A DNA stretch of 63,747 nucleotides, filler included, from Octopus bimaculoides (GCF_001194135.2; 6 parts of 6 records of this genome joined end to end with filler, not necessarily neighbours in it), one strand, 5' to 3'. Positions 11,372 through 26,148 are shown, counted from the whole stretch's first letter. A program made the numbers and translations. Notes: generated from the sequence alone by a model not told the origin.

Positions 11372-13733
11372 TATATGTCTGCATATGTATATATACACTT
11401 TTGGAGGTGTTTGTTTTGTAATTTTTAAGTCAACAAGGCACAGAGAGACACATATACATTCACAAATATATTTAAAAATCTTCTACTACAGATGATACGA
11501 AACCCTACAACTTAGTTTTAAAACTGTATTCGTATTTTCTTTTTATTAATGACATCACAAGGACTTAATTTTTGATGAACTATATATATGTTGCATGAGA
11601 AATTGTTCTGTCTCTTTCTGGGAAAATGAGAATAATAATTTTTATCCAAAAATATTAGTCGTATATTCATTACAAGAATTTCCGTAAGAAAGTTTTTTTT
11701 TGCTTTAAAATGTATATCACTGACTAACTGACACATTTCTTATTGATTAAGAATATAGAAATTCTTTAAATTTAAAGAAAAATTACGGTTTTCATTAATT
11801 GGATTACTGGCTGATATTTACTTTCTGATGCTGGCTTTATATCTATATTTGAAATGGAAATACAGAAAGTGCTATGTATCCATTAACAACAGCATCACGT
11901 TCTTTAACTCCAAGTCAGCTTTCATCGAGGAGATCTATGATGAAAAGGAACCCGCAGTGATCATCCTGTTTTGTTTTCCAGAAATAGTGTGTCTAAGACT
12001 ATATTATTCGATGTATTCTTTTTTTTTTATATAGGTGGCATTCAGGAACTTGAGGAGACTTCACTTCCATTAGAGGTCTCTGTTCATTGGCTAATTGTTA
12101 CTTGTGGCTTTTATTTATACGTAAATGTAAGTCAACTGTTAGAGGTTATACTTAAGAACATATCCTTCGCATCTTGAGGCAGTTCATTTGTAGTGGAACT
12201 GTTGTCAAATTTGATCTTTTCTAAGTAAATGAAATGTGAGTTGAGATAAGCTCACAACAAATTTACTTAGCAACTCTGTATCGACTCCTTATTTTATTTC
12301 AGTTTCTTTATTTTGGCTAAAGATAGTCAATTGACAGTCGTTAGACCATCAGAGACAATACATTGCGATATTTGTTTCGGCTTTTTGCTCTCTGAGCTTA
12401 AATTCTGCCGGGACCAACTTTGCCATTCATTCTTTTGAGATTGATATATAAAGTTTCGACCAATACTGGAGCAGTTCTCTGTCTCTCCATCAGTTCAAGA
12501 TGTTTCGTCGGAGCAGGGTGAAATGACGAGAGAGTCTGTGTCTTAATACCACAAATGAAGCATTGTAACATGGAACATGCTAATACCTGACTGTGAGTGA
12601 CGACTGTGGATATTTTTTTTATCTCGCTAATGTCACCAAAGATTAGTATAGGGTTGTTTGGTTGTTTTCTTAGAATGGCTTTATGAAAGGCGGATGGACA
12701 GTGGCCATGACCTTAGAAGAACTTTCAAGACTTGTAGAAGGCAAGTGAGGAAGAAATTACAGCAACGTATCAAATATCGAATCCGAATGCTTGCAATAAA
12801 ATGACGGACTTTACTGAAAACATCAAGGTCGAAATGGTGCTGTTAAACCGGATGATGGATTTAGATATTTTTCTAATCAGCGGCTGAGGAGTAAAAGCAG
12901 AACAAAAAGAAACAACATATCAGTTGTAAACTGGGATTAAATCCATATCAGTTGTTTCCCGTTAAAGTGATTTCAGGTTCAAACTGATGAATCATCTCAT
13001 ATTCTTCAGTACACTAGAGAGTATTTCGCAAGTTTTATTTTCATTTCCAACCACGTAGTTGATTTCACCCCCACTGTGAATCTTACCCCATGGTTTTACA
13101 TCCGTAATAGATTGTAGGTAGGAAATTTGAGAGCAATTATAAAGTAGAAAAGAAGGAAGAGATACAAAAAAAAAAAAAATGACAAAGTGAACGACCCAAA
13201 TTTTTTTGTTATTTACAGCTTATATATTTCTTAATCTTTTTCTTCTCATCTTTTGGCGATCGACTTGGGATGCGTTTCTTGTCAGTGTTATCATCTCTCT
13301 GTGCTCAGCTTTGTATATCCTCCTACATTATACAAATATAAACATACGTAGATACGTAACTTCATTTACTATTTTTTTGTTTTTACACGACCTATTTCTT
13401 TCTGTCGCTTTCTAAACATTCCTGTTATCTCTTTCTGTTATTTTTTCCTCTCCCTAATCTTCACTTTTCCCAGTAGCACTAACTTGCATGCTCATACATA
13501 ATCTCGCACACTAGTACACACAGGCACACAAGTATACAACACAAATATCATACACACACACACAAACACAGGCACACACACACATATATACACACACACA
13601 TATGCTGTTGATTTTTCTCACATAAATATCAATGAGAGCAAAATAAGGCGAAATTATTCACATTCAGTGTTACGAAATGCGCATGCTCTGCATACATTCC
13701 ACAAAATTATTCTAAGGTGCATCTATCTATCTT

Positions 13734-13780
<47 letters not shown>

Positions 13781-14606
13781 GCCTGCCTGCCTGCCTGCCT
13801 ACCTGCCTGCCTGCCTGTCTGTCTGNNNNNNNNNNNNNNNNNNNNNNNNNNNNNNNNNNNNNNNNNNNNNNNNNNNNNNNNNNNNNNNNNNNNNNNNNNN
13901 NNNNNNNNNNNNNNNNNNNNNNNNNNNNNNNNNNNNNNNNNNNNNNNNNNNNNNNNNNNNNNNNNNNNNNNNNNNNNNNNNNNNNNNNNNNNNNNNNNNN
14001 NNNNNNNNNNNNNNNNNNNNNNNNNNNNNNNNNNNNNNNNNNNNNNNNNNNNNNNNNNNNNNNNNNNNNNNNNNNNNNNNNNNNNNNNNNNNNNNNNNNN
14101 NNNNNNNNNNNNNNNNNNNNNNNNNNNNNNNNNNNNNNNNNNNNNNNNNNNNNNNNNNNNNNNNNNNNNNNNNNNNNNNNNNNNNNNNNNNNNNNNNNNN
14201 NNNNNNNNNNNNNNNNNNNNNNNNNNNNNNNNNNNNNNNNNNNNNNNNNNNNNNNNNNNNNNNNNNNNNNNNNNNNNNNNNNNNNNNNNNNNNNNNNNNN
14301 NNNNNNNNNNNNNNNNNNNNNNNNNNNNNNNNNNNNNNNNNNNNNNNNNNNNNNNNNNNNNNNNNNNNNNNNNNNNNNNNNNNNNNNNNNNNNNNNNNNN
14401 NNNNNNNNNNNNNNNNNNNNNNNNNNNNNNNNNNNNNNNNNNNNNNNNNNNNNNNNNNNNNNNNNNNNNNNNNNNNNNNNNNNNNNNNNNNNNNNNNNNN
14501 NNNNNNNNNNNNNNNNNNNNNNNNNNNNNNNNNNNNNNNNNNNNNNNNNNNNNNNNNNNNNNNNNNNNNNNNNNNNNNNNNNNNNNNNNNNNNNNNNNNN
14601 NNNNNN

Positions 14607-14607
<1 letters not shown>

Positions 14608-14656
<49 letters not shown>

Positions 14657-15751
14657 GAAAACACATAGCTTATTTTGCTGGGTATGATGGAAAGTGTCAG
14701 CTGTCCACAGCCAGCAGACTAAGGTGACACTTGTTAACCGGTCATGCTTCAAGAACCTTGTGAAGAATTCTTGCAGTTCCAAGCCATGCTGATTTTCGTA
14801 GGTATTCTACCTTCACATTTGCACCGATCTTTTTCAGCCATGTTGATAGCTGAGTGTTGATACTTCCAAGTGCACTCCTTACTATTGGTATCACGTCTAT
14901 TATCTTCATTGACCACAACCTTCGTATTTCTCACTTTAAATTGTCATAGTTGTTTTATTTTTTCTTCTTCCTTCACATTGATCCTGTTGTCACTGGGACA
15001 TGCTTTATCGATAATCATACATGTTCTTTCTTTTATTTCATCCCAACAATGTATGGTTTCTGATATCTTGTCGTGTGATCGCACTGGATCATTGCATCCC
15101 ACAAGATTTTGCAATTCTCATTTTCGATGATTCCTTTAGGAGTTTGCGCATACCACGTCTCTGCTCTTTGTAGGCCGTGATTTTCACAGAGCTCCCAATC
15201 TATAATTTTTTCCACATTGTCATGGCGTCTTTTGTATTCACGTTGTGCTAATTTCAGCCATTCGCGAACGATGTGCCACACCATTTCACTCCTCGCACCA
15301 CAGATTCTGCATTTGTCGCTATCGGTAGTGTTGCCTATTCTGCACTTCATATCATTAGTCCTTAATGCTTGTTCCTGAGCTGCGCATATGAGTGCTTCTG
15401 TCTCTATCTTCAGGTCACTCCTCCTCATTCATAGTCAGCAATCCTTTGTATCTGTCTTGGCGTTCATATCTCTTGCAAACTGACCGTACATTTTCTATTC
15501 TTTTCATGCTTTTTCTTTTTTTCTTTGTTCATTCTTTGTTTAAATTTTTCTTTAGTTACACAATTTTCAATTTTAGTGATGCTGGCCTTCTTCGCGTGTT
15601 TCAACAGTGATTCGACGGCATTTTTTATATACCACCCTAAACTGTTTTCCTCTGCTTTGATAGAGTCCTGGCAACTGATCAAACCTTTCCCACCCTTTCT
15701 TCTGGACAAGTACAGCCTATCGGTGTCATTCTTAGGGTGTTGAAAGCACAT
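14608..15751 (-). mobile_element. 5'-truncated RLE-type (HERO/R4-like) LINE with 3'UTR and (AAT)n tail
   Basis: HPKNDTDRLYLSRRKGGKGLISCQDSIKAEENSLGWY; ETEALICAAQEQALRTN...KCRICG...EYKRRHDNV...ILWDAMIQCDH; GALGSINTQLSTWLKKIGANVKVEYLRKSAWLGTARILHKVLEA*. (ATT)n at 14608-14655 is the tail. Confidence 0.93.
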
Positions 15752-16290
15752 GTATTTCCTCTTTCTCCCCTCACTCTTTCTATGTTCCTCCGTCTTTTTA
15801 CCACCAAACTCTCTATGTCTTTCTGTCTCTCTCTCTCTCCCTCTATTACTTTCTTCACTACTTTTGAAGATTACTTGTTGACATCGTAAAATTCGTCAGC
15901 CTAAGTCACACTTACACAAATAGTTAGTTTTTCCGTTAGATTCAGATTAACTTAACACGCTTCTCCTTCGTTGCTTAAAGCTTTAATTTCTAAAACGTAC
16001 ACTTTTATTCATTCATAGTCATACGAAAGTTAGCTACTTGAAACACCCTGACTGCTACAATGCTGAACCTATTGTTGAAAGCACATGTATTTCCTCTCTT
16101 TCTGCCTCTCTCTGTCCCTCTGTCTCACTCTCTCTCTGTGCCCCTCTGTCTTTTTACCACCACTCTCTCTATGTCTTCCTGTCTGTCTGTCTTCACTACT
16201 TTTGAAGATTACATATTGCCATCGTAAAATTCTTCAACTGAAATCACACTTTCACAGCCCAATTCAAACAGTAAGCTAGTTTTTCGTTAA

Positions 16291-16292
<2 letters not shown>
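15740..16292 (+). repeat. Diverged direct duplication of about 220 bp (15740-15955 vs 16075-16292)
   Basis: Both copies read TGTTGAAAGCACATGTATTTCCTCT...TCTTTTTACCACCA...CTTCACTACTTTTGAAGATTAC...CATCGTAAAATTC. Confidence 0.85.
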
Positions 16293-16324
<32 letters not shown>

Positions 16325-16327
<3 letters not shown>

Positions 16328-16796
16328 AGTGAGAGAGCAGTGCATTTCATTAAAGTGACACTGGGTAAAATATACGAAGCCCAGTATACCCATCATGACT
16401 ACCTGTCTGATAAGGGTACACCAGGCATATCCATCACAATAATATATGCGCGACCTGGTGATCTCATATCAAGATAAACAGCGCATGACCTTGCAGGTGG
16501 GGGTCCACTTAGAATTTTCTTCAGGTCGAGTAGCCCATCCCGCTCAAAAGATCCCTGAATGGGGGTTGTTTAAGGATGTTGAACGAAACACCCATATTTC
16601 CAGAGGTGAATTATCCAAACCCCAAAGAATTCCTCTCAATACATGGCTTTGATACTCCCCCACTACTTCTGCTCATGATCAAAGATGCACATATCGTCAG
16701 CCACCAAGGGACATGCTCAACTTGTTAAGGTCAAACAACTGACAATTAAATCTGTAGTATTCAGCAGAATATTTGCTGTAGCCCATCTTTTATACC
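16325..16796. repeat. Interspersed repeat of unknown class next to an (ATT)n tract
   Basis: More GC-rich block (GGTCGAGTAGCCCATCCCGCTCAAAAG...GATGCACATATCGTCAGCCAC) abutting (ATT)n at 16292-16325. It resembles the reversed 3' end of a retroelement, and I recall it as a common octopus repeat (not verified). Confidence 0.4.
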
Positions 16797-17659
16797 NNNN
16801 NNNNNNNNNNNNNNNNNNNNNNNNNNNNNNNNNNNNNNNNNNNNNNNNNNNNNNNNNNNNNNNNNNNNNNNNNNNNNNNNNNNNNNNNNNNNNNNNNNNN
16901 NNNNNNNNNNNNNNNNNNNNNNNNNNNNNNNNNNNNNNNNNNNNNNNNNNNNNNNNNNNNNNNNNNNNNNNNNNNNNNNNNNNNNNNNNNNNNNNNNNNN
17001 NNNNNNNNNNNNNNNNNNNNNNNNNNNNNNNNNNNNNNNNNNNNNNNNNNNNNNNNNNNNNNNNNNNNNNNNNNNNNNNNNNNNNNNNNNNNNNNNNNNN
17101 NNNNNNNNNNNNNNNNNNNNNNNNNNNNNNNNNNNNNNNNNNNNNNNNNNNNNNNNNNNNNNNNNNNNNNNNNNNNNNNNNNNNNNNNNNNNNNNNNNNN
17201 NNNNNNNNNNNNNNNNNNNNNNNNNNNNNNNNNNNNNNNNNNNNNNNNNNNNNNNNNNNNNNNNNNNNNNNNNNNNNNNNNNNNNNNNNNNNNNNNNNNN
17301 NNNNNNNNNNNNNNNNNNNNNNNNNNNNNNNNNNNNNNNNNNNNNNNNNNNNNNNNNNNNNNNNNNNNNNNNNNNNNNNNACAAGGAAATAATAATTTTA
17401 TCACCGCCAGAATCGTTTGAGAATCGTTTGTTTACGTAGTCAGCACTTAATGTATTCGGCTGAATGGACGTCAGTCATTGGTTGAAATTACAGAAATACG
17501 ACAACTTTAACATGAAATAACTTGCGATGTACGTTTTTTTTGTTAAGAAGACTAAGAGAAAAAGATGTGTTATATGACACATTCTACCAGTGTCCCAAGT
17601 TTCAAAGTGTTTCGTTAAGAAAATACTGGTGCCCCCGTTTTGAACTAGATCCATTTATT

Positions 17660-17870
17660 CTACTATTGCCATAAGCTCTGAAATTTTTGTGGAAGGGAAA
17701 TTGTCGATTACATCAACCCTAGTGCTCAACTGGTGCTTATTTTGTTTATCGACTCCGGTAGGATGAAAGGCAAAATCGACCTCGGTGGAGTTTGAACTCA
17801 GAACGTAAAGCGGGAAGAAAGATCGCTAAACATTTTGACCAGTGTGCTAACAATTTTGCCAGCTCACCGC
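17660..17870 (-). mobile_element. SINE, family B, followed by (AAT)n at 17874-18010
   Basis: GGATGAAAGGCAAAATCGACCTCGGTGGAGTTTGAACTCAGAACG, matching 36130-36180. Confidence 0.75.
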
Positions 17871-17873
17871 CTA

Positions 17874-17941
<68 letters not shown>

Positions 17942-17958
17942 TGATGATAATAATGATG

Positions 17959-18010
<52 letters not shown>

Positions 18011-18329
18011 TCTGTGCTTTTATTATTAGCATCAGTTGAAGCTGTTTCTATTATTTAGTCATTAATGTCATTCACAATGACAGAGTTGCCAGAAAGACTA
18101 GTATCATAATTATTGCATAACCGAGGAAATATTGTGTATATTTAAAAAGTGTAATTGTTTTTATTGGTATCTTTTAAAAAATTTTTGTTGTTTTTATTGT
18201 TTTTCATATTGTTGTTTTTAAGATGAGGTTTTGTTTCGTCTTTCGAGAAATTACAGCAAAATTGCTGGTAAGATTAGAATGAGTGTCGTTTTTGATATAA
18301 TTTAGATAAAAAGAATCTCGTGGCCAATA

Positions 18330-18915
18330 TTATTAAAATAATGATCACGTACCGATGTCTCTGTATGAAATAACAAATCCCATAATATTATTTAAAATTA
18401 TTTACAAATGCTGAAAAGATGCCAGAAACAATAGAATTCTGAAAGTACATATAATTATAAGAAGTAAAAGACAACTAGAATGATTAAAGAGAATATTAAG
18501 AGATGCTAAATTATATTCAGCTGCGATAGAACCGTCGGTCAGAAAGTATGAGCGACTCTACTAGGAAATTTGTTGTAATTTGTTTAAAAGATCAGCATTT
18601 CAGTTTAAACAAGAACAGTCGGTCAAAGTATAAAATGATATTTCCTGTCCATTCGGAAACCTAATTTACATAATAATTTGTTCAGCATGTTAAGAGAATT
18701 ACATAGGACAAACGGGTGTGTTCTTAAGAAAACGAATAATTTTGCATACAGAGTAAATTCGATTTCCCGGCTACAGGAAAATATTTCGCAGTAAAAATAT
18801 AGAAATAAGCAGCAGGAATGATAAATCAAATATAATTTTTTTTATATTAATGTTGTAACAGAACATGTAAAGAACATAAAGAGTTCATATTCCGTGAAAA
18901 ATATAAACAGCTTTT
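18330..18915 (+). mobile_element. Decayed Penelope-like element, linker plus GIY-YIG endonuclease
   Basis: RSKRQLE*LKRILRDAKLY (compare SKRQPxNLKRILTxAKF), then DISCPFGNLIYIIICSAC*ENYIGQTGVFLRKRIILH, a classic NxIYxIxCxxC..YIGQT GIY-YIG motif. Confidence 0.85.
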
Positions 18916-20129
18916 AAATAATCACATTTAATTAATCTATATTAATCTATATTCATATTTATTATCAGTATTGATTGAGAAACATGAACATTTTTCAAAT
19001 TACATTCTTTGTGATCGTTAACATTCATTTATTATCTACTCTGTTATTGTCAACATCTACATATAAACGTATGCAGTTGTAACCTCATTGATAATAGCAG
19101 CTAAGAAATCATGAACCTATAACATCATTAATTACAAAGACGTGAAAATCATAAAAAAGTTAAAACCGGTTGAGTGTATAAACATTCCACGCCGTTCATA
19201 AAGCTTTATCATTACGATTCCAATGCATTTCCTTCTCTACATATGCAGTACATGCATGCGAACACACTATATATATAAATGCATACGTACATATATACAT
19301 TAATGCATACTTACATACACACATGCGCGACCACACATGAATAAATAGTTAGCTAAACACGCACACACACACACATACACACATACACACACACATGTAT
19401 ATATATATATGGAGAAATAGATAGATAGAGAGAGATAAATAGAGAGATAGATAGATGGATAGCTAGATAATATATATCATTAACATAATGATTTCAGAAA
19501 ACTGCCTGGAGTGTTTGTGTTACGGTTATTGGTGCCAATGGCTAACGATAAATGCATGGTAACATGTAAATGACACTGATAACGAAGCTGTCGGGTCAAT
19601 TTTGAAAGTAGCACTATTAAAGACTAAAACACGTGTTGAAGATTAATAAACTTAAACAGTAGTCACTTCAACACTGATTAAAAGATTTCTTTCCTTGCAT
19701 GTACAGCAAAAATAATATCTAGATCAATCAATTTTAGAAAGCAAATTCCTTGAGATAAAACGAAATCTGATATTGGATAGAGTCTTGTGTCAGTTATTTA
19801 GGAGAGTAGTTAGAAATTTTTACATTAAAGTAGAACTTAGGGAAGTTAGTTATCTTTTAGAGATGTAATAGAAGATATCGACAAAGTATGAATTAAAAGT
19901 CTTTTCTTTCGTCAGTCTCTAGAATTTCGTAAAATGAAAGCAATGTTTACATCAGAGGAAGATGTAATGAGTGTCAGAATTGCAAGTTTTCTCCTTAGAC
20001 CCGTTCACTTCACTATTATAGTTTATTGTTAAGGAGCATCATACATACGCAACGTAAAATTCTCCTCGGCTCAGTTACATCTTTTATCTACAGATGCGCT
20101 AAATTAGCCAAGCTGAATCTCCTTATGTC

Positions 20130-20930
20130 CTTGTGCTCTGAGTTCAAACCCTAATGATGTTGACTTTGCTTTTCCTTCTCACGAGATCGATAAAGTAATG
20201 TACCAGTTAAGTACAGCAGACGATGTAATCTACTGACTTTCCCCCAAATTGCTGGCCTTGTGTTTCAGTTAGAAAATAACGGCGGTCGTAGCTTGACAGA
20301 ATCGTTAGAGCCTCGATCAAAATGCCTTGAAATATTTGTTCTGCCTCTTCCCGTTTTGCCTTCAAATCTCGATGAAATCAACTTTGCCTTTCATTGATTT
20401 GGTATCGATAATTAAGGTACTAGTCGAGCACGGGGATCGTTTAATCGACTAAGTCTCACTCCTAAATTTTCTAACCTTTTGATATCTTAGAAACGATTAT
20501 CATTATGATTGTTATTAACATAAGAATTAAACTTTGTATGTTACTCGTATTCGACGTATTTTCGATCTCACATCCATGTTGCTGCTGTTATTTAGCACTT
20601 CAGCCGTAAATAACCAAAGCGTTCTAAAATGTATGTACGAGTCTATTATTTAATGTAGCCGTTCATTAAGACGACATGAAGTAATTTGAGGGAGATATGG
20701 TTACTACTTCTAGCTTGTCGGTCAACCATTTAGCGTCTCGCTCAATGGGATTCGTGTAAATCGTGGCGCTCCGTCGATTGCGACGACGAGGGTTCCAGTT
20801 GATCCGATCAACGAAACAGCCTTTTGAGGTCGATAAAATAAGTACCAGTTAAATACTGAGGTCGATGTAATCGACTTACTCCCTCCCTGAAATTACTGGC
20901 TTTGTGCCAAAATTTGAAATCGGTATTCCA
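20130..20930. mobile_element. Cluster of SINE fragments (three family B, one family C)
   Basis: Repeated GACTTTGCCTTTCA.../GTCGATAAAATAAGTACCAG blocks at about 20150, 20380 and 20825. Family C block at about 20760-20822. Confidence 0.65.
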
Positions 20931-21710
20931 TAATCTCAGTTGGTCACACTCGGGAATCCACCAAAAAAAAAAAGCGTAATGACAGTTGTCTTTGATAGGA
21001 CCCTATGGAAAAGGTATCTGAGCACTCTACTCCCAGGACCACCTCCAAAATGGCGAACGGAAAATGAATGGATGGATGACTATATTGGTTAAAGTTCTAA
21101 GAAGTATAGTTACAATTATATTTTATGGGAATGGATTTTGTCATAGCTTTTCTAAAAATCCCGCGATTGGCAGTTATAAAGATGTACAAGGAATCTTCAG
21201 ACAGTTTCAACAACGACTGTTCCAGTTGTTCGATCAACCTGGAGATTGAAGTTTGAAATATAACGTAAGTGGTTGAGGGTTCCGCATACACTTGTATCCT
21301 TAATGAAATACTCAGGAAGATTCAAAATAATTCAGTGTAACAAGGTTGCCCCTTTCAATTGCATGTATCATTCGTCCAACGAGTTTCTATGAATTTTCCG
21401 TCTAACCAATTACACTTAGGTCAGTGAAATTGGGTAGAAGGAATACATACAAAGCTTATGTTAAAACACGCTTCACTAAGCTGTCACGCAGTGGAATCAA
21501 ACCGTACATCTCATGCTTGCGAGAGGAAATTTTTAAACACGCAGACATTTTCACTTCAGCTTCTAAATAAGTGAGTTATATTCTGTCTCCCTGTAATATG
21601 AAGGTTTGTCATGGACAACTACCTGAAGGCTCCCTATTTCCGTGTTAAAATCTCCTTGGCATAAACAACTTCAGAATCTACCTACCTAAATCTCTTCTCC
21701 CCTATCCGCC

Positions 21711-21863
<153 letters not shown>

Positions 21864-22249
21864 CTGTCTGTATCATTCTGTTTTCATGTGTTGATTATTG
21901 TATTATTTTCTCTATAACTCCTCGTCTTTACACACGCATTGCAATTGCGCTCAGCATTCTATCACATTTTTAATGTTACGCCTATTAGAAATTGTCATCT
22001 GTAGTTACATTCCGGTGTAATAATTCTCCAATATTTGCTACCCATTATATCATACTTATTTGTCTTCTACCCAAGGTTTTCAGGATATATAAATATATAT
22101 ATGACATTAGATAGCGGGTGAAGGATATCATAAAATACGAATATCACATCAGGTAACGGGTGAAAAACATATTTCGGCATAAAACGACAATTTATTACAG
22201 TTGTTCTTTCCTCTTTAGGTTATAGGAGTTTATACAGAAGATTGTCGAA

Positions 22250-22750
22250 TACGGGAACGAATTGCAGCTAGTAACATTGGATTCTAATATATTTCATATT
22301 AACAGTTGTTGTACAATTTCATGTTAGCAGACCTATTATCAAAGGTATTCCAGCTTTGGCCATCGCTTTTTTTATCTTGCAGATAGTAAATCTAAGACTA
22401 CATTATCCGATTTGTCTTCCAATTTTTAAGATTCTAAGGTGTTGGAGATTTGATAGTTGATTGTAGCATATCAGACAACCACATAGAGCTTCCGTCAGTT
22501 CGTGAAATTGTGAGTGAATTGGCTTCTATTTTTATCACGTTGAGCGATAATGCAGAGTTTCCCTCGTTACATCATCAATACTTTTCTTACTCTAGCCAAC
22601 TGTTTGTAACTAAGCACTTGTCTTCTTTTTTTAAGTATTCGCTTATTAATTTTAATCCTTGTAATAATCACGATTATGCCTAACTTAGCAGATGCCAAAT
22701 CCTTATATTCGTGATCCTTTCTTCATTGGTAGGATCGAATCTTTGATATT
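22250..22750 (-). mobile_element. Possible very old Penelope RT N-terminal remnant
   Basis: Weak motif order: ASAKLGIIVIITR (compare ADKGxAVVIM), then RFTICKIKKAMAKAGIPLII (compare RFYxLPKIHK..PxRPII). Many stops. Confidence 0.3.
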
Positions 22751-23152
22751 CTCTGGTGAGCACTATCTTCTATTTCACATTTCTAATGTTGAGACATCTT
22801 AATAATTTCTTGTGCGTTGCTTTCAATTCAATAATGTTATTCCATAGCTTTGCGAAAGCCATGAATTCAAACATTTCCTGCTTGTTCAAACGAATTAAAA
22901 CGCTGTTACCCAGAATCTATCATGTGGTTGTCGTCGTTATATTTGAAGACACATGGTTAAAATGGCTCCAGTCGTGACAATCTAGTCTTCTAGAACTATG
23001 TTAATCAATGTACCTCCTTCACATTTTCAAAACGGTTGTAAACGAATTTGACTTGATGACATACACACACACAGAGACATGCACGCATACACGCGTACAC
23101 ACACTCACACACACATATACATACGCACGCACGCACACACACACACACACAC

Positions 23153-23227
<75 letters not shown>

Positions 23228-24718
23228 ATTACTTAAAGCATTAGCATTAGTAGTCTATATTATACCGCTCACCAAGCTTTCCCACTTTGTTCATTGCACC
23301 ACCGTTGCTGATCAATGTTACCAGTGGAACGTCATAACTTGTATTTCATAAAAAGCTAATGAGGAGTATAAGGGATGGTGACCTGGAAACGATTCTAGTC
23401 TTAATGAAAGTAATCATCTTAAGGGGAACTTCCACATTCAAGATATGGACAATTTATAAATACTCTTGATTTGTGTTAGGGTAATATGGGTTGTGTAAGC
23501 GGTGCATAAGAATCACCCCATTTATTTTTTTCTATTTTGGAGAGTTTCCCTTGTTCATATTTTGTTCTTCTATATTGTCCTTCTATGTCGTTATTGTTTA
23601 TATATTACTGTGTCGTTATTCTTATTTTTGATCAATGTAACCACTATTGTTTCATTGTTTCTCATTTATTGTTTTTGCCCTGTCCTCAACGTTATGGTCT
23701 CCTTTGATCTGTAAAACCAACCAATCAATCAATCATCATCATCGTCATCATCACCATCGTCGTCGTCATCGTCATAGCTATCGTCGTTGTCAGTGCCGTG
23801 GTGGCCATCGTTGTCATCATCAGCGTCGTGGTTGACGCCGCCGTCGTTGTAGCTGTTGTTTTGTTGTTACTTGCTTGGTAAAACGTGCTCACGCATCTCT
23901 CCTATTTGAATGCATGTATATTGTTTATCTTTCTAACAATTGAATGATTATTTCTGCGTTGTGAAATGTGTACTTAGGGCACAGAAAGCGGGTGAAAATT
24001 TTGCTTTTGTATTTTCTTTGTGATAAAAGACAGATTTTAACACATTTATTTAGTGACAAGAGATGGTGGCAATGCCTCTTCAAAGAAAAACTTGAATGGA
24101 CACAACAACACATAAACAAAAAAAAAATACAAGAACATTTCTAAAAGTGCACCTACACTTTGCAAGAAAGTGACAGTTATATTTCTATAGACATTAACAC
24201 TAGTGGTTAAGCGAATGGATGGTTTTGCGAGAACTATAAAAACTTTTATACTTTTATATATATTTTGCCGTGCTAGACTACTAGTAGCAGTTTTACTGAC
24301 ATTACTGCAGAATATTTTTAGTAATCAAAAGAAACCGATCGTAACTGAAAGCATGGCAGTAGTACGTAACAGAAGCAAGTACCTTCTTACTTGAAAAATT
24401 TATCTTAGAAGCAGGGACAAAAAGTGTGACATATATCTGTTCTGTGAAAAGCTGTTGAGCGTTCAGTTTGTTCTCAAGGAACAACACAAGCACCGGCCAA
24501 TGTGTGAGACAGTGTGCCCGTCATCGATGGAGCAAGGCTAGCAGAAGTGCCTGCATATTCTTCAGAACCGTGAGACGACATGAAGCTCAGAGATAGTGGG
24601 ACGCACGCCCCGTTTGTATGAAATTATATTTGCACAAGCAAAGTCAACCTCATCTGTGTTTGAATTCAACGTAAAGACAGACGGAATACCGCTAAGCATT
24701 TTGCCCGGAGTACTAACG

Positions 24719-24780
<62 letters not shown>

Positions 24781-25154
24781 GTTGTGGAAGCTTTACACTA
24801 GAAGATNNNNNNNNNNNNNNNNNNNNNNNNNNNNNNNNNNNNNNNNNNNNNNNNNNNNNNNNNNNNNNNNNNNNNNNNNNNNNNNNNNNNNNNNNNNNNN
24901 NNNNNNNNNNNNNNNNNNNNNNNNNNNNNNNNNNNNNNNNNNNNNNNNNNNNNNNNNNNNNNNNNNNNNNNNNNNNNNNNNNNNNNNNNNNNNNNNNNNN
25001 NNNNNNNNNNNNNNNNNNNNNNNNNNNNNNNNNNNNNNNNNNNNNNNNNNNNNNNNNNNNNNNNNNNNNNNNNNNNNNNNNNNNNNNNNNNNNNNNNNNN
25101 NNNNNNNNNNNNNNNNNNNNNNNNNNNNNNNNNNNNNNNNNNNNNNNNNNNNNN

Positions 25155-25205
<51 letters not shown>

Positions 25206-25518
25206 TATTATTATTATAGCTGCTGTTCTTATTTATTTTTATTGAGCGGAGACAAAATATTTTTACAACAATTCATACGTCTGTCGAATTCTACTAGGTC
25301 AACTTTGTTTTACAACCTTTTGGAGTTGATTAACAAGAAAAATATCAGTCAATACAACTCTGGTAAGATATAATTAACCATATTCACCATTAGCACTACC
25401 AAATAATTAAGTAAATAAACGGATGAATAAAATAAAATACGCCAAGTCGCCTTCTGCCAATGATAGAAATGCTACTATTACTGATCAGGATCATGGTGAT
25501 GATGATGACGACAACAAC

Positions 25519-25559
<41 letters not shown>

Positions 25560-25730
25560 CTAGGAGGAAGGGGAGGAGGACCGTTACCGCTATTGCTGTT
25601 GATAATGACGTGACGACGACAATGATGATGGTTGCTGCTTCTGCTGATGATGACGTTGATGATGATGAGGACAGCGACGACGACGATAATGACGATCATG
25701 CTGCTGTTGCTGCTGCTATAGCCATCATCG

Positions 25731-25775
<45 letters not shown>

Positions 25776-25785
25776 CCATAAACAT

Positions 25786-25838
<53 letters not shown>

Positions 25839-26148
25839 CCATAAACATAATCATTCTATGCTGTTTCAAAATCCCTGTGTTACCAAAATATATCAAATAT
25901 TTATATGACTTTGTTATCTGTCTTCTTCATCACATTCTTCTTTCCGAGTCTTTTTTTCTTCTTCTTTTCATGACACATTTACCTTATCTATATTCAGTTT
26001 GGACAATGCTGACCTCACAATTATTAGTCAAAATGTTCTTTTATTAGTTAAAATAATTTTTATTTTTATCAGATGAAATCATCATTCTGCTACATTTCCT
26101 TCTTATAGGAGCCAGAAGGCATATTTTTGCATCAGATGATATTAGTCT

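Noticed and set aside
12560-13010. Possible decayed APE endonuclease of an RTE LINE (IVTWNML...)
   Set aside because: Only scattered 3-5-residue matches across frames, too weak to call.
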